Source: a virus (taxonomy: Duplodnaviria; Caudoviricetes). Taken from it: 26,335 bases of DNA. Of the stretch, positions 9,463 through 17,672 are shown in pieces. Position 1 is the stretch's first letter, and each line of letters starts with the position of its first letter. Below the pieces are notes generated by a model. That model was not told the origin of the DNA. It was given only the letters and a program-made list of their open reading frames with translations, and searched no databases. The stretch spans positions 1 through 26,335 of IMG/VR virus record IMGVR_UViG_3300027969_000380; one strand, written 5' to 3'. Position numbers and translations under genes: made by a program.

Positions 9463-10367
9463 TAGTAAATTGCTATAATGTCAGACGCTGTAGTTAATCC
9501 CATGTCTCCTCTTTCCCATACGTTACTAACAATAATTGGTAAGAAAGATGCATCTGGTACATTTTTGAACATAACCGGAGTTTCACTACCAACAATTGTA
9601 ACTACCAAATCTCCACCAGTACCTACATATAACGCTGCTGAGTTTAATGGTTCTGCAGCAGAATAACCCACAGCGTTTGGATTAACGGCTAATCTAATAA
9701 AATAACCATTTTGATCAGAAGCGTTTGAATACTCAACTATTCTTTGCTCATAATTTATATGAATAAACTTTCCATTAGCAGGGTCATCAGCCCAAGTTGT
9801 AAATGTTTGGTTTTTTTGTACAAAACTCTCATCATCATAATACATGTATCCACCAGGTAAACCATTGAAACCAAAAGTATTTGTTCCTGGGTCACTACTA
9901 TATTGCCATAAGTTTGTATTATAAATAACCTCTCCATCTTCACCAGTTGGTATAGATTTTAATTCTTTGCCAAGTATTTTATTATACCTAGCATCAGCCA
10001 TATTTCCTGCAACTGAATCTAATATAAGACCATAACCAGGAGAGTATAACAAAGGATTTGAAGCAGCAATTCTATTATATACTTTGCCTAACCCTAATAC
10101 ATCTTCACTAGCAAAATTTTCATAAGCCCAACAAGCAACACTGTTAGCTAAATTATCAACCCAATCAGCATAACTTAACGCTTGTATTATTGGAGTTCCA
10201 TCATTAAAAGTGCTTACGTTTAAATTTCTCGATGTAATAAATACGCTATTTGAAGTTTCGTCATCTTCGTTATATGGTATATTTACATAAGCACCTCCAG
10301 CAAATCCTTTAGGCGTTATTGCCACCGCTCTTGTTCCAAAATCTGGTTGATTACCGTATTGTCCCAT
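9462..10367 (-). CDS. Head-spike base protein (RcGTA Rcc01079-like) with inserted Fibrobacter succinogenes major paralogous (FISUMP)-like domain
   Basis: N-terminal RAVAITP and C-terminal ALYVGTGGDLVV...FKNVPDASFLPIIVSNV...TTASDIIAIY match the spike-base pattern; the middle NLNVSTFNDG...GKVYN...LKS...GTNTFGFNGLPGG...GYFIRL matches FISUMP. Confidence 0.6.
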   Translation of the reverse strand: MGQYGNQPDFGTRAVAITPKGFAGGAYVNIPYNEDDETSNSVFITSRNLNVSTFNDGTPIIQALSYADWVDNLANSVACWAYENFASEDVLGLGKVYNRIAASNPLLYSPGYGLILDSVAGNMADARYNKILGKELKSIPTGEDGEVIYNTNLWQYSSDPGTNTFGFNGLPGGYMYYDDESFVQKNQTFTTWADDPANGKFIHINYEQRIVEYSNASDQNGYFIRLAVNPNAVGYSAAEPLNSAALYVGTGGDLVVTIVGSETPVMFKNVPDASFLPIIVSNVWERGDMGLTTASDIIAIY

Positions 10368-10369
10368 AA

Positions 10370-10621
10370 TTATTTTTTAAATATTCTATTGTATATTTGT
10401 TTTTTATTCTTTGTATCTTTTTTAAATTCTAAGACCATACTACCAGGGAAATTAATTGTTTTTTCTCCTGGTTGCATTATCTTTTCATTACCTAAGTTAT
10501 CGATACCAATTATAGGTTCATCAACGTTTTCCATTGTTATATCACCACTTGGTATTAAGTTATAAGGTTTATCTTTATCAGGACTATTTCTCTTATAACC
10601 TGTTGTAGATATATTTTTCAT
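10370..10621 (-). CDS. Hypothetical protein (83 aa; start revised to 10621)
   Basis: MKNISTTGYKRNSPDKDKPYNLIPSGDITMENVDEPIIGIDNLGNEKIMQPG...FPGSMVLE. The ATG at 10621 follows the upstream stop at 10626 and avoids a long overlap. Confidence 0.7.
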   Translation of the reverse strand: MKNISTTGYKRNSPDKDKPYNLIPSGDITMENVDEPIIGIDNLGNEKIMQPGEKTINFPGSMVLEFKKDTKNKKQIYNRIFKK

Positions 10622-10625
10622 TTTA

Positions 10626-11156
10626 TTAATGGCATCCACATACCGAACCACCACCACCACTACTTGGTTTATTTGGTTTTTCATCTGGAATTGAAAATCT
10701 AGCAGTATTTTCACCACCAAAAGTTTCTTCACTAGGTTTTTCTGGTTCTGTTCTATTTGGAATTGGTTTTACAGGTTGACCAGTTAATCCATTACCAAAA
10801 GTTGTTGGTTTTGGATTAGGTAAATCCATAGGTGATTCTGGATCTGGTGTAAAAGATTCTTTCTTAGAAGATCTATTTGATCCTTTATTCCAATCAGGAT
10901 TTGCTTTAACGAAACTAGACCATTCATTATTAGACATTCTTTCTTTACCTCCTGTACCTGCATTACCAGGCGAAGCAAAGTCTCTTCTAGACGTAGTTAA
11001 AGTTCCTTTTCTACCATTAATACTAGTTTTTATAGAAGTAGTAGATTCGTTAGTTACTTTTTCTCCAGTATTTGGATTATAATCATCTTTCTTTTCTTGA
11101 TATAGAGGAGTAGACGCCATTCCTATTTTATAAAAAGGTGTTCTTGAGTTTGTCAT
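10626..11156 (-). CDS. Hypothetical disordered protein with TPFYK/TPLYQ N-terminal motifs
   Basis: 176 aa, rich in P/S/T/K, ends GGGGSVCGCH. Confidence 0.7.
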   Translation of the reverse strand: MTNSRTPFYKIGMASTPLYQEKKDDYNPNTGEKVTNESTTSIKTSINGRKGTLTTSRRDFASPGNAGTGGKERMSNNEWSSFVKANPDWNKGSNRSSKKESFTPDPESPMDLPNPKPTTFGNGLTGQPVKPIPNRTEPEKPSEETFGGENTARFSIPDEKPNKPSSGGGGSVCGCH

Positions 11157-11164
11157 ATTTATTT

Positions 11165-11743
11165 TTATTTATTTTTATTAACTTTAGGTAATCTTCTTAT
11201 TAAAGAATTTAAACGATTTGACGCCATAGTAGAATCTCTTACAAATCTATTATTTTCATTTTGAGCATCTCTTTGAGGATTAGTATTTGTACTGTAAAAA
11301 GGTTTAACACCTTCTACAAAACTACCTTCAAAAACAGCTGCATTACCAGTTGTTCTTAATTTTTCTCTTATCTGTTCTCTAGTTATAGCGTTATTACCTT
11401 TACCTCTAGAAGAATAAGTATTAGCTCTAACTGGTTCTACTCCTTTATACGATTCGTTTTTAAAAGTATTACCAGGTGTTATTGTAAAGTTTTTATTTCT
11501 TCCAATATACGCCATAGCAGAATCAGTAGCTTGATTAACTTGTTCTTTACTTAATCTGTTTATATCTGCATTTTCAACTTCAACAGTTTTCTTTCCTTTA
11601 GTAGGTTTACTAGCAATATCCTGTTTTGTATAAGGTCTTTTTACAAATTTACTAGTTTCATCTGTAGCGGCAGCAATCTGTGCTTGTAAGTCGTCTGTAG
11701 CAGTCTGAAGTATCGGACTACTGTGTTTCATTAAAAATGCCAT
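11165..11743 (-). CDS. Hypothetical basic protein with MAFLMK..SPILQ N-terminus
   Basis: 192 aa ORF in tight operon spacing with A-rich leader. Confidence 0.75.
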   Translation of the reverse strand: MAFLMKHSSPILQTATDDLQAQIAAATDETSKFVKRPYTKQDIASKPTKGKKTVEVENADINRLSKEQVNQATDSAMAYIGRNKNFTITPGNTFKNESYKGVEPVRANTYSSRGKGNNAITREQIREKLRTTGNAAVFEGSFVEGVKPFYSTNTNPQRDAQNENNRFVRDSTMASNRLNSLIRRLPKVNKNK

Positions 11744-11755
11744 AATATGTTTTTT

Positions 11756-12130
11756 TTATTTTTTCTTTTTATATATGATAGTCGTTTCAGCGTCACCAGT
11801 AACCTCACATTTTAAAGTTGTATCATCTATAAAAGTAAATACAGATGAAACAATCCAGTTGTTTGGAATAAAGATAGTTTTAATAAAAACTGAATTCTCA
11901 TCAACTCTTAATGTAATAAGACTAATAGGTTCTCCTGAAGTACCGCTTATTTCTTGTGTTTGTAATCTACCATTAGTATCTTTCCAAAAAAATAATTGAG
12001 CAGACTCTTGATCTGGTTCCCAATATCCAACTAATTTATTAGTATCAATTTTCTTTTTAAGTACTAATCCTTGAGAGAATACATTTAAACTAAATAACGC
12101 AACTGCAATAACTAAAAATACTTTTTTCAT
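11756..12130 (-). CDS. Secreted/periplasmic beta-rich protein (lipocalin-like barrel?)
   Basis: Sec signal peptide MKKVFLVIAVALFSLNVFS|Q, LVGYWE motif, beta-strand pattern; has its own promoter-like motif. Confidence 0.6.
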   Translation of the reverse strand: MKKVFLVIAVALFSLNVFSQGLVLKKKIDTNKLVGYWEPDQESAQLFFWKDTNGRLQTQEISGTSGEPISLITLRVDENSVFIKTIFIPNNWIVSSVFTFIDDTTLKCEVTGDAETTIIYKKKK

Positions 12131-12150
12131 AATTAAATAATATTAAATTT

Positions 12151-12168
12151 ATATAATTATAATATTAC
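12151..12168 (-). promoter_or_regulatory. Candidate phage late promoter GTAAT-N8-TATAT
   Basis: GTAATATTATAATTATAT, ending 20 nt before the ATG at 12130; the same motif occurs at 17052-17069 and 25258-25275. Confidence 0.5.
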
Positions 12169-12173
12169 ATGTA

Positions 12174-12509
12174 TTATTTAGATTTAACATTCTTGCCTTG
12201 TTTTTTATATGCTTCTGCTTCCCAAGGTAAACTTTTTGCACCCTCTTTCATTTTAGAGCGTAAATATTTTTTTCCTTTCCAAATTACGTGAGTGTCTGTA
12301 TAACCTAGATCGCCTCTTTTCATTTGATCAATATGAACCATTTCGTGTTCTATTGTCTTATTTTTTTTTAATTCTAAAGGAGATACGTTTTTGTTTACCA
12401 ATATAGTTCCATTTGACTGAGCCATACCTAAAACGTTGTCGTCCATGTCCGTACTATAAATAGGTGTATTGTCCACGTTATAAGGAGGACCTGTCATTTT
12501 AAATGCCAT
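12174..12509 (-). CDS. Minimal zincin metallopeptidase (HExxH)
   Basis: VLGMA...GTILVN...TIEHEMVHIDQ...LPWEAEAY: HExxH plus a downstream Glu ligand motif. Confidence 0.75.
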   Translation of the reverse strand: MAFKMTGPPYNVDNTPIYSTDMDDNVLGMAQSNGTILVNKNVSPLELKKNKTIEHEMVHIDQMKRGDLGYTDTHVIWKGKKYLRSKMKEGAKSLPWEAEAYKKQGKNVKSK

Positions 12510-12534
12510 TTTTATACGGTTTAAATTATTAAAT

Positions 12535-12562
12535 TCCCCTATAAACGTGAATCTATAGGGGA
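12535..12562. terminator. Intergenic hairpin (terminator or RNA stabilising element)
   Basis: TCCCCTATA-N10-TATAGGGGA 9-bp stem just downstream of 12577..12849; only a weak U-tract. Confidence 0.5.
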
Positions 12563-12576
12563 TTTAAAATAAATAA

Positions 12577-12849
12577 TTATGCTACTACAGGTAAAGCACC
12601 AATAGTAACTCCTGAAGGAATAGCTACAGGAACTAAAATAGGTCCAGCAGGATTAAGAATAGCTGTGTTAACAGCAGCAACAGTACTTGACGCTCCAGCA
12701 GCACTAGTTGTAAAAGTGTAAGATTTTGCACCAGAATAGATAGCGAATGTAGTAGCAGTAAGATAACTAACTGAAGTTATGTTGTCTACATTAAAAATAA
12801 TTGGTTGTGCCCCAGCTACAGTAGTAGCAATTGAGATAAATTTTGCCAT
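12577..12849 (-). CDS. Small Ala/Thr/Val-rich protein, possible abundant virion/decoration protein
   Basis: 90 aa with almost no charged residues and MCP-like codon bias; flanked by a promoter-like motif and a hairpin. Confidence 0.6.
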   Translation of the reverse strand: MAKFISIATTVAGAQPIIFNVDNITSVSYLTATTFAIYSGAKSYTFTTSAAGASSTVAAVNTAILNPAGPILVPVAIPSGVTIGALPVVA

Positions 12850-12901
12850 TTTTTGTTTTATTTTGTTTTAGTTGTTTATATATATATAAAGAATGTTATC
12901 A

Positions 12902-13288
12902 CTAACATTTTTTCATTTTTGCAGGAGCTGAAGATTTTTTATCAACACCAGTTTTAGCATTTTTTTCGTTTGATTTTTTAGAAGATACTTCTGACTTATT
13001 AACAGATCTTAATTGTGTAGATCCTCTTCTGTCGGATTGCGCGTCTAAACGTTTAGAAAAATCAACATAAGCTTTTGCCGCTTGTTTTACTTTCTTTGTA
13101 GCATATTTTCCTTCTGCAGTACCTGCACCCATACCAACAGCACCCATAGTTTGTCTAAGCGGAGCTTTAGGTTTTCCGTATTCTTTTTTCATCTCAGCTT
13201 TTGATTCGTTTTTCTCGTGTTTTGCTTTTGCTGATTTAGAAGCGTATTTTTCTCCTGTTTTCTTTTCTGTAATTTTTTTAGTTGCCAT
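12902..13288 (-). CDS. Lys-rich basic protein
   Basis: 128 aa, highly basic, contains APLRQ and terminal SAPAKMKKC. Confidence 0.7.
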   Translation of the reverse strand: MATKKITEKKTGEKYASKSAKAKHEKNESKAEMKKEYGKPKAPLRQTMGAVGMGAGTAEGKYATKKVKQAAKAYVDFSKRLDAQSDRRGSTQLRSVNKSEVSSKKSNEKNAKTGVDKKSSAPAKMKKC

Positions 13289-13297
13289 TTTTTTATT

Positions 13298-13816
13298 TTA
13301 AAAGTTCCAATTTAATAATGTTTTTCTCCAATCAGAGCTAGTAGTATCCATTTTCTTTTCTATTTTGACAGGTTTTTTACTAGGTTCTGGTTTTGCAATA
13401 TCAGACTTCACTGTTGGTTTTTGAATCTCATTATATTCTTTAATTCTATTACCAATATTTTCTTGTCTTTTATTTATTCTTTCTAATCTCTTATCTATCT
13501 TAGCATTTTTACCAGTTATATCTTCCATAGAAGTATTGCCTGATCTTTTTTCTTTTAGATCTTTTACTTTATTTTCGAGACGTTTTTGTTTTTTAAGATC
13601 TTCTTGATTATCATCACCAGGAGTTCTAGCTTCTATCGCAGCAGCAGCTACTGTTCCAATACCAGCTATAGCGCTAGCTATACCACCATCACTATATACA
13701 TTACTTGGATCATAACCACCTCTTTCGTAAGCGCCTCCTTCTCCACCTTGATCAACTATACTTCTTTGCAAGTGAAATGGAGAACTACTATTTTTTCTTA
13801 CTAAATTTAAAGACAT
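13298..13816 (-). CDS. Hypothetical protein with SPFHLQ tag, Gly/Ala hydrophobic helix and coiled coil (ejection-protein-like)
   Basis: GGIASAIAGIGTVAAAAI segment followed by a charged coiled coil. Confidence 0.65.
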   Translation of the reverse strand: MSLNLVRKNSSSPFHLQRSIVDQGGEGGAYERGGYDPSNVYSDGGIASAIAGIGTVAAAAIEARTPGDDNQEDLKKQKRLENKVKDLKEKRSGNTSMEDITGKNAKIDKRLERINKRQENIGNRIKEYNEIQKPTVKSDIAKPEPSKKPVKIEKKMDTTSSDWRKTLLNWNF

Positions 13817-13820
13817 GATA

Positions 13821-14039
13821 TTAAAATCTACCTTTAGCTTTTTCGGTTATTGGTAATCCACTGTATTGTGGTTTTATATTATTAAATATAATACCATCTT
13901 TTCCGCTACTAGATCCTTTACCTTTAGGTAATGCTGTAGTGTCAAAAGGACCATTCCATAATGCGTTTGCTCCAACTCCAGCTAAAGCAGCCTCTTTGTC
14001 GTCCCTTGTTATAGGGTGTTTTCTAACATCTAAATCCAT
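13821..14039 (-). CDS. Hypothetical protein
   Basis: 72 aa ORF tightly packed between neighbours. Confidence 0.65.
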   Translation of the reverse strand: MDLDVRKHPITRDDKEAALAGVGANALWNGPFDTTALPKGKGSSSGKDGIIFNNIKPQYSGLPITEKAKGRF

Positions 14040-14041
14040 AA

Positions 14042-14785
14042 TTAATAATTGTTTATATCGTAAACAGGAGCAATTGGTGTTGCAACATCTACAGGTGGTT
14101 GTTGTGGTAAACTAGGGTCTGGTCCTGGATCATCAGGTGATTGATCCATAGTTGGGTCTATATATTGACCTGTTAATGGATCTGCCATTTGAGCAAAAGG
14201 AGAACCAACAGATCTATTAAAAGTACCTTGCATAGCTTGTCCATACATGTTTTGGATAGTTCCTTGATTTGAAAAAGCTTTAGGACTAATAGGTGTTTGT
14301 GGTGTCATATTTCTTAAATTATAATCGTTATTACTAATCGCTGTAGCGTTTTGTGTTATATCTACAGGTGGTGGTGGTTGTTGTGGTTGAACTATAGCGT
14401 TAGGATCTGCTTTTATTGGCATACCTGCTCTATCAACAGTATTAACTACTGGAACTTTTTGTCTAGACGCAATTTCTGCTTGTACTTCTGCTTTTCCTCT
14501 AGCGAATTCAGCTTTTCTTTGATTTTCCCAATAATTATCTTTCCAAGAATTTCTAGTAAGTGCATTTTTAATCATTGATGATTGTGCATTACTATAAGCG
14601 TTACCACCACCGGCAAGAGAAAGTGCACTTCCAATTTGAAAACCATTATCTTTTTGTTGAGTACCTCCACCAGCGAATGATATTGCACTTTGTATCCCAT
14701 AACCTTTTTGTTGAGTACCACTACCCGCAAAAGAAAGTGCACTTCCAAATTGATTTAAAGGACTACTTTTTTGTTTAAAAGTCAT
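14042..14785 (-). CDS. Hypothetical Q/P/G-rich protein with SPLNQ tag and three tandem repeats
   Basis: MTFKQKSSPLNQ, then three SA[LI]S[FL]AG[SG]G repeats; internal SPFAQ. Confidence 0.7.
   Translation of the reverse strand: MTFKQKSSPLNQFGSALSFAGSGTQQKGYGIQSAISFAGGGTQQKDNGFQIGSALSLAGGGNAYSNAQSSMIKNALTRNSWKDNYWENQRKAEFARGKAEVQAEIASRQKVPVVNTVDRAGMPIKADPNAIVQPQQPPPPVDITQNATAISNNDYNLRNMTPQTPISPKAFSNQGTIQNMYGQAMQGTFNRSVGSPFAQMADPLTGQYIDPTMDQSPDDPGPDPSLPQQPPVDVATPIAPVYDINNY
14604..14753. repeat. Three imperfect in-frame coding repeats (~54-60 nt)
   Basis: AGAAAGTGCACTTCCAA at 14618 and 14732; CTTTTTGTTGAGTACC at 14650 and 14704. Confidence 0.85.
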
Positions 14786-15227
14786 TGTTTCTTGTTTTAT
14801 CTTTATTTGTATTTTCTATAGCAGTAATCATAACAGTATCAGTGTATGTCTTACCACTCATTATAGAATTTCTATGACTAGTTGGTATATCTTCAATACC
14901 TAACATTATACGGTACATTTTACTTATTAGTTGTTTGCACTTAAATGAAACTTTATATATATTGTATTTTTGGGTTGTGTGGTTTCGTTCTCTCCAAACT
15001 GTTATCCAACCTTCTTTTAATAAATCGTTCCAGCGTCTGTTATTCCAACTATATGCGTAAGTACCTGTTTTAAAGTCTTGTTTAGTAAAGAATTCCATAC
15101 AATCAAGATAAATAAGAAGTTCTAAATCTGGGTCTGTTAGATTATTATTTCTACAAGCCCATTTTCTTATTATTCTATAGTGTTTTAATAAACCTAAATC
15201 TTTTATATTTTTTGGTTCTATTCTCAT
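14775..15227 (-). CDS. Putative winged-helix (MarR-like) DNA-binding protein
   Basis: NLTDPDLELLIYL...RRWNDLLKEGWITVW...YNIYKVSFKCKQLI fits the wHTH pattern. Confidence 0.55.
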   Translation of the reverse strand: MRIEPKNIKDLGLLKHYRIIRKWACRNNNLTDPDLELLIYLDCMEFFTKQDFKTGTYAYSWNNRRWNDLLKEGWITVWRERNHTTQKYNIYKVSFKCKQLISKMYRIMLGIEDIPTSHRNSIMSGKTYTDTVMITAIENTNKDKTRNNDF

Positions 15228-15487
15228 TACAAAACAACAACTACATCACCTAATCTTATAACTTGATATGTTTCTTTATCTATATCAATTTTATGTCCAG
15301 CGTGTCTATCATAAAATATCATATCTCCTTCTTTAATACCTACTACTTCTTCACCGATAGATAAAACTTTAGCTTCTATATATCTAATATCTTCTCTTTG
15401 ATTTTCAGCAAGCATTAAACCACCTTTTGTGGTAGTTGTACCTTCTTTTGTTTTTTGTATAACTAAACATTTACCTACTGCTTTCAT
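15227..15487 (-). CDS. groES: Co-chaperonin GroES
   Basis: MKAVGKCLVI...TKGGLML (mobile loop)...AKVLSIGEEV..IKEGDMIFY...YQVIRLGDVVVVL. Confidence 0.9.
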   Translation of the reverse strand: MKAVGKCLVIQKTKEGTTTTKGGLMLAENQREDIRYIEAKVLSIGEEVVGIKEGDMIFYDRHAGHKIDIDKETYQVIRLGDVVVVL

Positions 15488-17031
15488 TGTACTCTTAAAT
15501 TATTAATTACACAATCAGTTGATAAAATTGTTGTAGCTACAGAAGCAGCATTTCTTAAAGCACTCTTTGTTACCAACAATGGATCAATAATACCTGCTTT
15601 AATCATGTCAACAGTTTCGCCTGTTATAACGTTTAGACCATACCCAACTTTCGATATTGTTTCTAATGGAGCATAATCAATACCAGCATTGTCTAATATA
15701 GTTTTAAAAGGCGCTCTAATAGAATCTAATAATATTTCCTCGCCAAGTGAGAAGGTATCTATATTGTGAGAAGCATTTAACAAAGCAATTCCTCCCCCTG
15801 GTACAATACCTTCTTTAATCGCTGCCTTGGTTGCACAAATAGCATCTTCAATTCTATCTGCTTTTTCTTTTAATTCTATTTCTGAATTAGCACCAACTTT
15901 AACAACAGCTATCTTAGCTGTAAGTCTTGCTAATCTTTTTTCTAGTTTTATTACTTGATGAGCTGCATTAGGTTCTGTTAAAGACTTTTTAATATCTTTA
16001 ATAATTTCTAATATTTCTTCTGAAGTTTCACCAACGTGAAGTATTGTTTCTTCGTGGTTAGTTATACTTTTAATACAAGTACCTAACATTTCAGGTTGTA
16101 TTAAATCTAAATCGTCACCAAGATCTTCATTTATTAACGTTGCTCCTGTTAATAAAGCAAGATCATCAAATATCTCTTTTCTATTGATACCATATACTGG
16201 AGCATCAATAACGTTTATCTTTATATTTCCTTTAGATTTATTCATAGCTAAAGTAGACAGAGGAACTTGTTCCATGTCAGCTACAACAAGTAAAGATTTG
16301 TTATTTTTTATAACATATTCTAACACTGATTGTATTTGTCTGATATTCTCTATTGGAGATTCTACTAATAAAACTAAAGGATTATCTAATTCTGCTGTTT
16401 TATTTTTTTGATTAGTTATAAAATGAGAGTTTTTTAAACCCATGTTACATTGTACTCCTTCTACAACTTGTAAACTACATTCTGGTTCAGCAGATGTTTC
16501 CATCATCACAATGCCAGTATTGCCTACAGATCTAAAAGCATCGCCTACTAATTTACCAAGTTCTGGATCATTATTAGTAGATATTGTAGCAATTTGATCT
16601 AACATATCATCGTCTACTGTGATAGAAATCTTTTCAAGATATTCTATTACATTTTCAACAGCTTTATTAATACCTTCTTTTATTTTTCTAGCATTAGGAT
16701 TTTCAACAGCATAAGCATGACTTAAAATAGCATGTGCTAACACTGTAGCGGTAGTTGTACCATCACCTGCTTCTCTTACTGTTTTTCTAGCAGCTTCTTT
16801 TAAAAGCGTAGCACCCATATTTTCAACTGGATCTAACAAGATAATAGAATCAGCAACTGAAACACCATCCTTGGTAATAACAGGTCTACCTGCCGCGTCT
16901 TCTAATAAAACGCATTTACCACTTGCTCCTAGAGTAGAACTAACTGCTCTAGATAATTTTTCTATTCCAGCAAATACTTTATCGCTGGCTTCTTTTCCGA
17001 AACTTAAGTTTTTGACTATAGCGTCTGACAT
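15484..17031 (-). CDS. groEL: Chaperonin GroEL
   Basis: ITKDGVSVA, AGDGTTTATVLA, KVGANSEIELKEKADRIEDA, EGIVPGGGIAL, GIIDP..VTKSALRNAASVA; no C-terminal GGM tail. Confidence 0.97.
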   Translation of the reverse strand: MSDAIVKNLSFGKEASDKVFAGIEKLSRAVSSTLGASGKCVLLEDAAGRPVITKDGVSVADSIILLDPVENMGATLLKEAARKTVREAGDGTTTATVLAHAILSHAYAVENPNARKIKEGINKAVENVIEYLEKISITVDDDMLDQIATISTNNDPELGKLVGDAFRSVGNTGIVMMETSAEPECSLQVVEGVQCNMGLKNSHFITNQKNKTAELDNPLVLLVESPIENIRQIQSVLEYVIKNNKSLLVVADMEQVPLSTLAMNKSKGNIKINVIDAPVYGINRKEIFDDLALLTGATLINEDLGDDLDLIQPEMLGTCIKSITNHEETILHVGETSEEILEIIKDIKKSLTEPNAAHQVIKLEKRLARLTAKIAVVKVGANSEIELKEKADRIEDAICATKAAIKEGIVPGGGIALLNASHNIDTFSLGEEILLDSIRAPFKTILDNAGIDYAPLETISKVGYGLNVITGETVDMIKAGIIDPLLVTKSALRNAASVATTILSTDCVINNLRVQ

Positions 17032-17051
17032 AATTTTATTTGATTAGATTG

Positions 17052-17069
17052 ATATAGTTAATATATTAC
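17052..17069 (-). promoter_or_regulatory. Candidate phage late promoter GTAAT-N8-TATAT
   Basis: GTAATATATTAACTATAT, ending 20 nt before the groEL ATG at 17031. Confidence 0.5.
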
Positions 17070-17088
17070 TTGTTTTTGCAAATTTTTA

Positions 17089-17220
17089 CTAACCTTGTCC
17101 TCTATACTTCTTTTTATAAAGTTTAGATGTTTTAATTTTAGATGTTTTAGTTTTAGCATGAACACCTGGTCTAGATATGTCTTTTACAATAATTTTAGCA
17201 ACGACAGTCTGTTTCGCCAT
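17089..17220 (-). CDS. Small basic peptide (43 aa) ending YRGQG
   Basis: Translated by hand: MAKQTVVAKIIVKDISRPGVHAKTKTSKIKTSKLYKKKYRGQG*; overlaps the spanin 3' end by 37 nt; below the ORF-track cutoff. Confidence 0.7.
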   Translation of the reverse strand: MAKQTVVAKIIVKDISRPGVHAKTKTSKIKTSKLYKKKYRGQG

Positions 17221-17672
17221 AATTGATATAATATTAATATTAATAAAAGTAACCATAGGATCCACCAATAATCTACTGGTTTATCTATTTTTTTTTCTTT
17301 TGCAGTAATGTGTTCTTTTTCTTCTACTTTAACAACTGCTATTGAGTCCTTACGCTTATTATTATACTCTCTTTTGTTATTTGTATATAAAGTATTAACT
17401 TTATTTTTTTTTATTCTTAAAACAACGTTTTTATAAACCTTACCTTCTACAATAATTTCCTTACATGTATCAATAGGAGTAATTGTTATTTCACTATTAT
17501 CAATAGTTGTAACTATATTTGTAGAATCTGTTTTTTCTTTATTTTCTATAGTTGTAACTAAAACTTTAGTTTCAGCAACGCTATCTTTCTTTATTTCAAG
17601 TTTATCTACTTGTACATGTCTACTTGCACACGACGTTAATATGATTAAAAATAATAGTATTAATTTTTTCAT
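17184..17672 (-). CDS. Unimolecular spanin candidate
   Basis: Lipoprotein signal with lipobox LTSC, beta-rich periplasmic region and C-terminal TMD (WWILWLLLLILILYQLW); last member of the lysis cassette. Confidence 0.7.
   Translation of the reverse strand: MKKLILLFLIILTSCASRHVQVDKLEIKKDSVAETKVLVTTIENKEKTDSTNIVTTIDNSEITITPIDTCKEIIVEGKVYKNVVLRIKKNKVNTLYTNNKREYNNKRKDSIAVVKVEEKEHITAKEKKIDKPVDYWWILWLLLLILILYQLWRNRLSLLKLL

Noticed and set aside
10622-10732. N-terminal 37 aa of the 120-aa ORF 10370..10732
   Set aside because: Overlaps the upstream gene, and poly-Val mirrors its poly-Gly; the ATG at 10621 is the better start.
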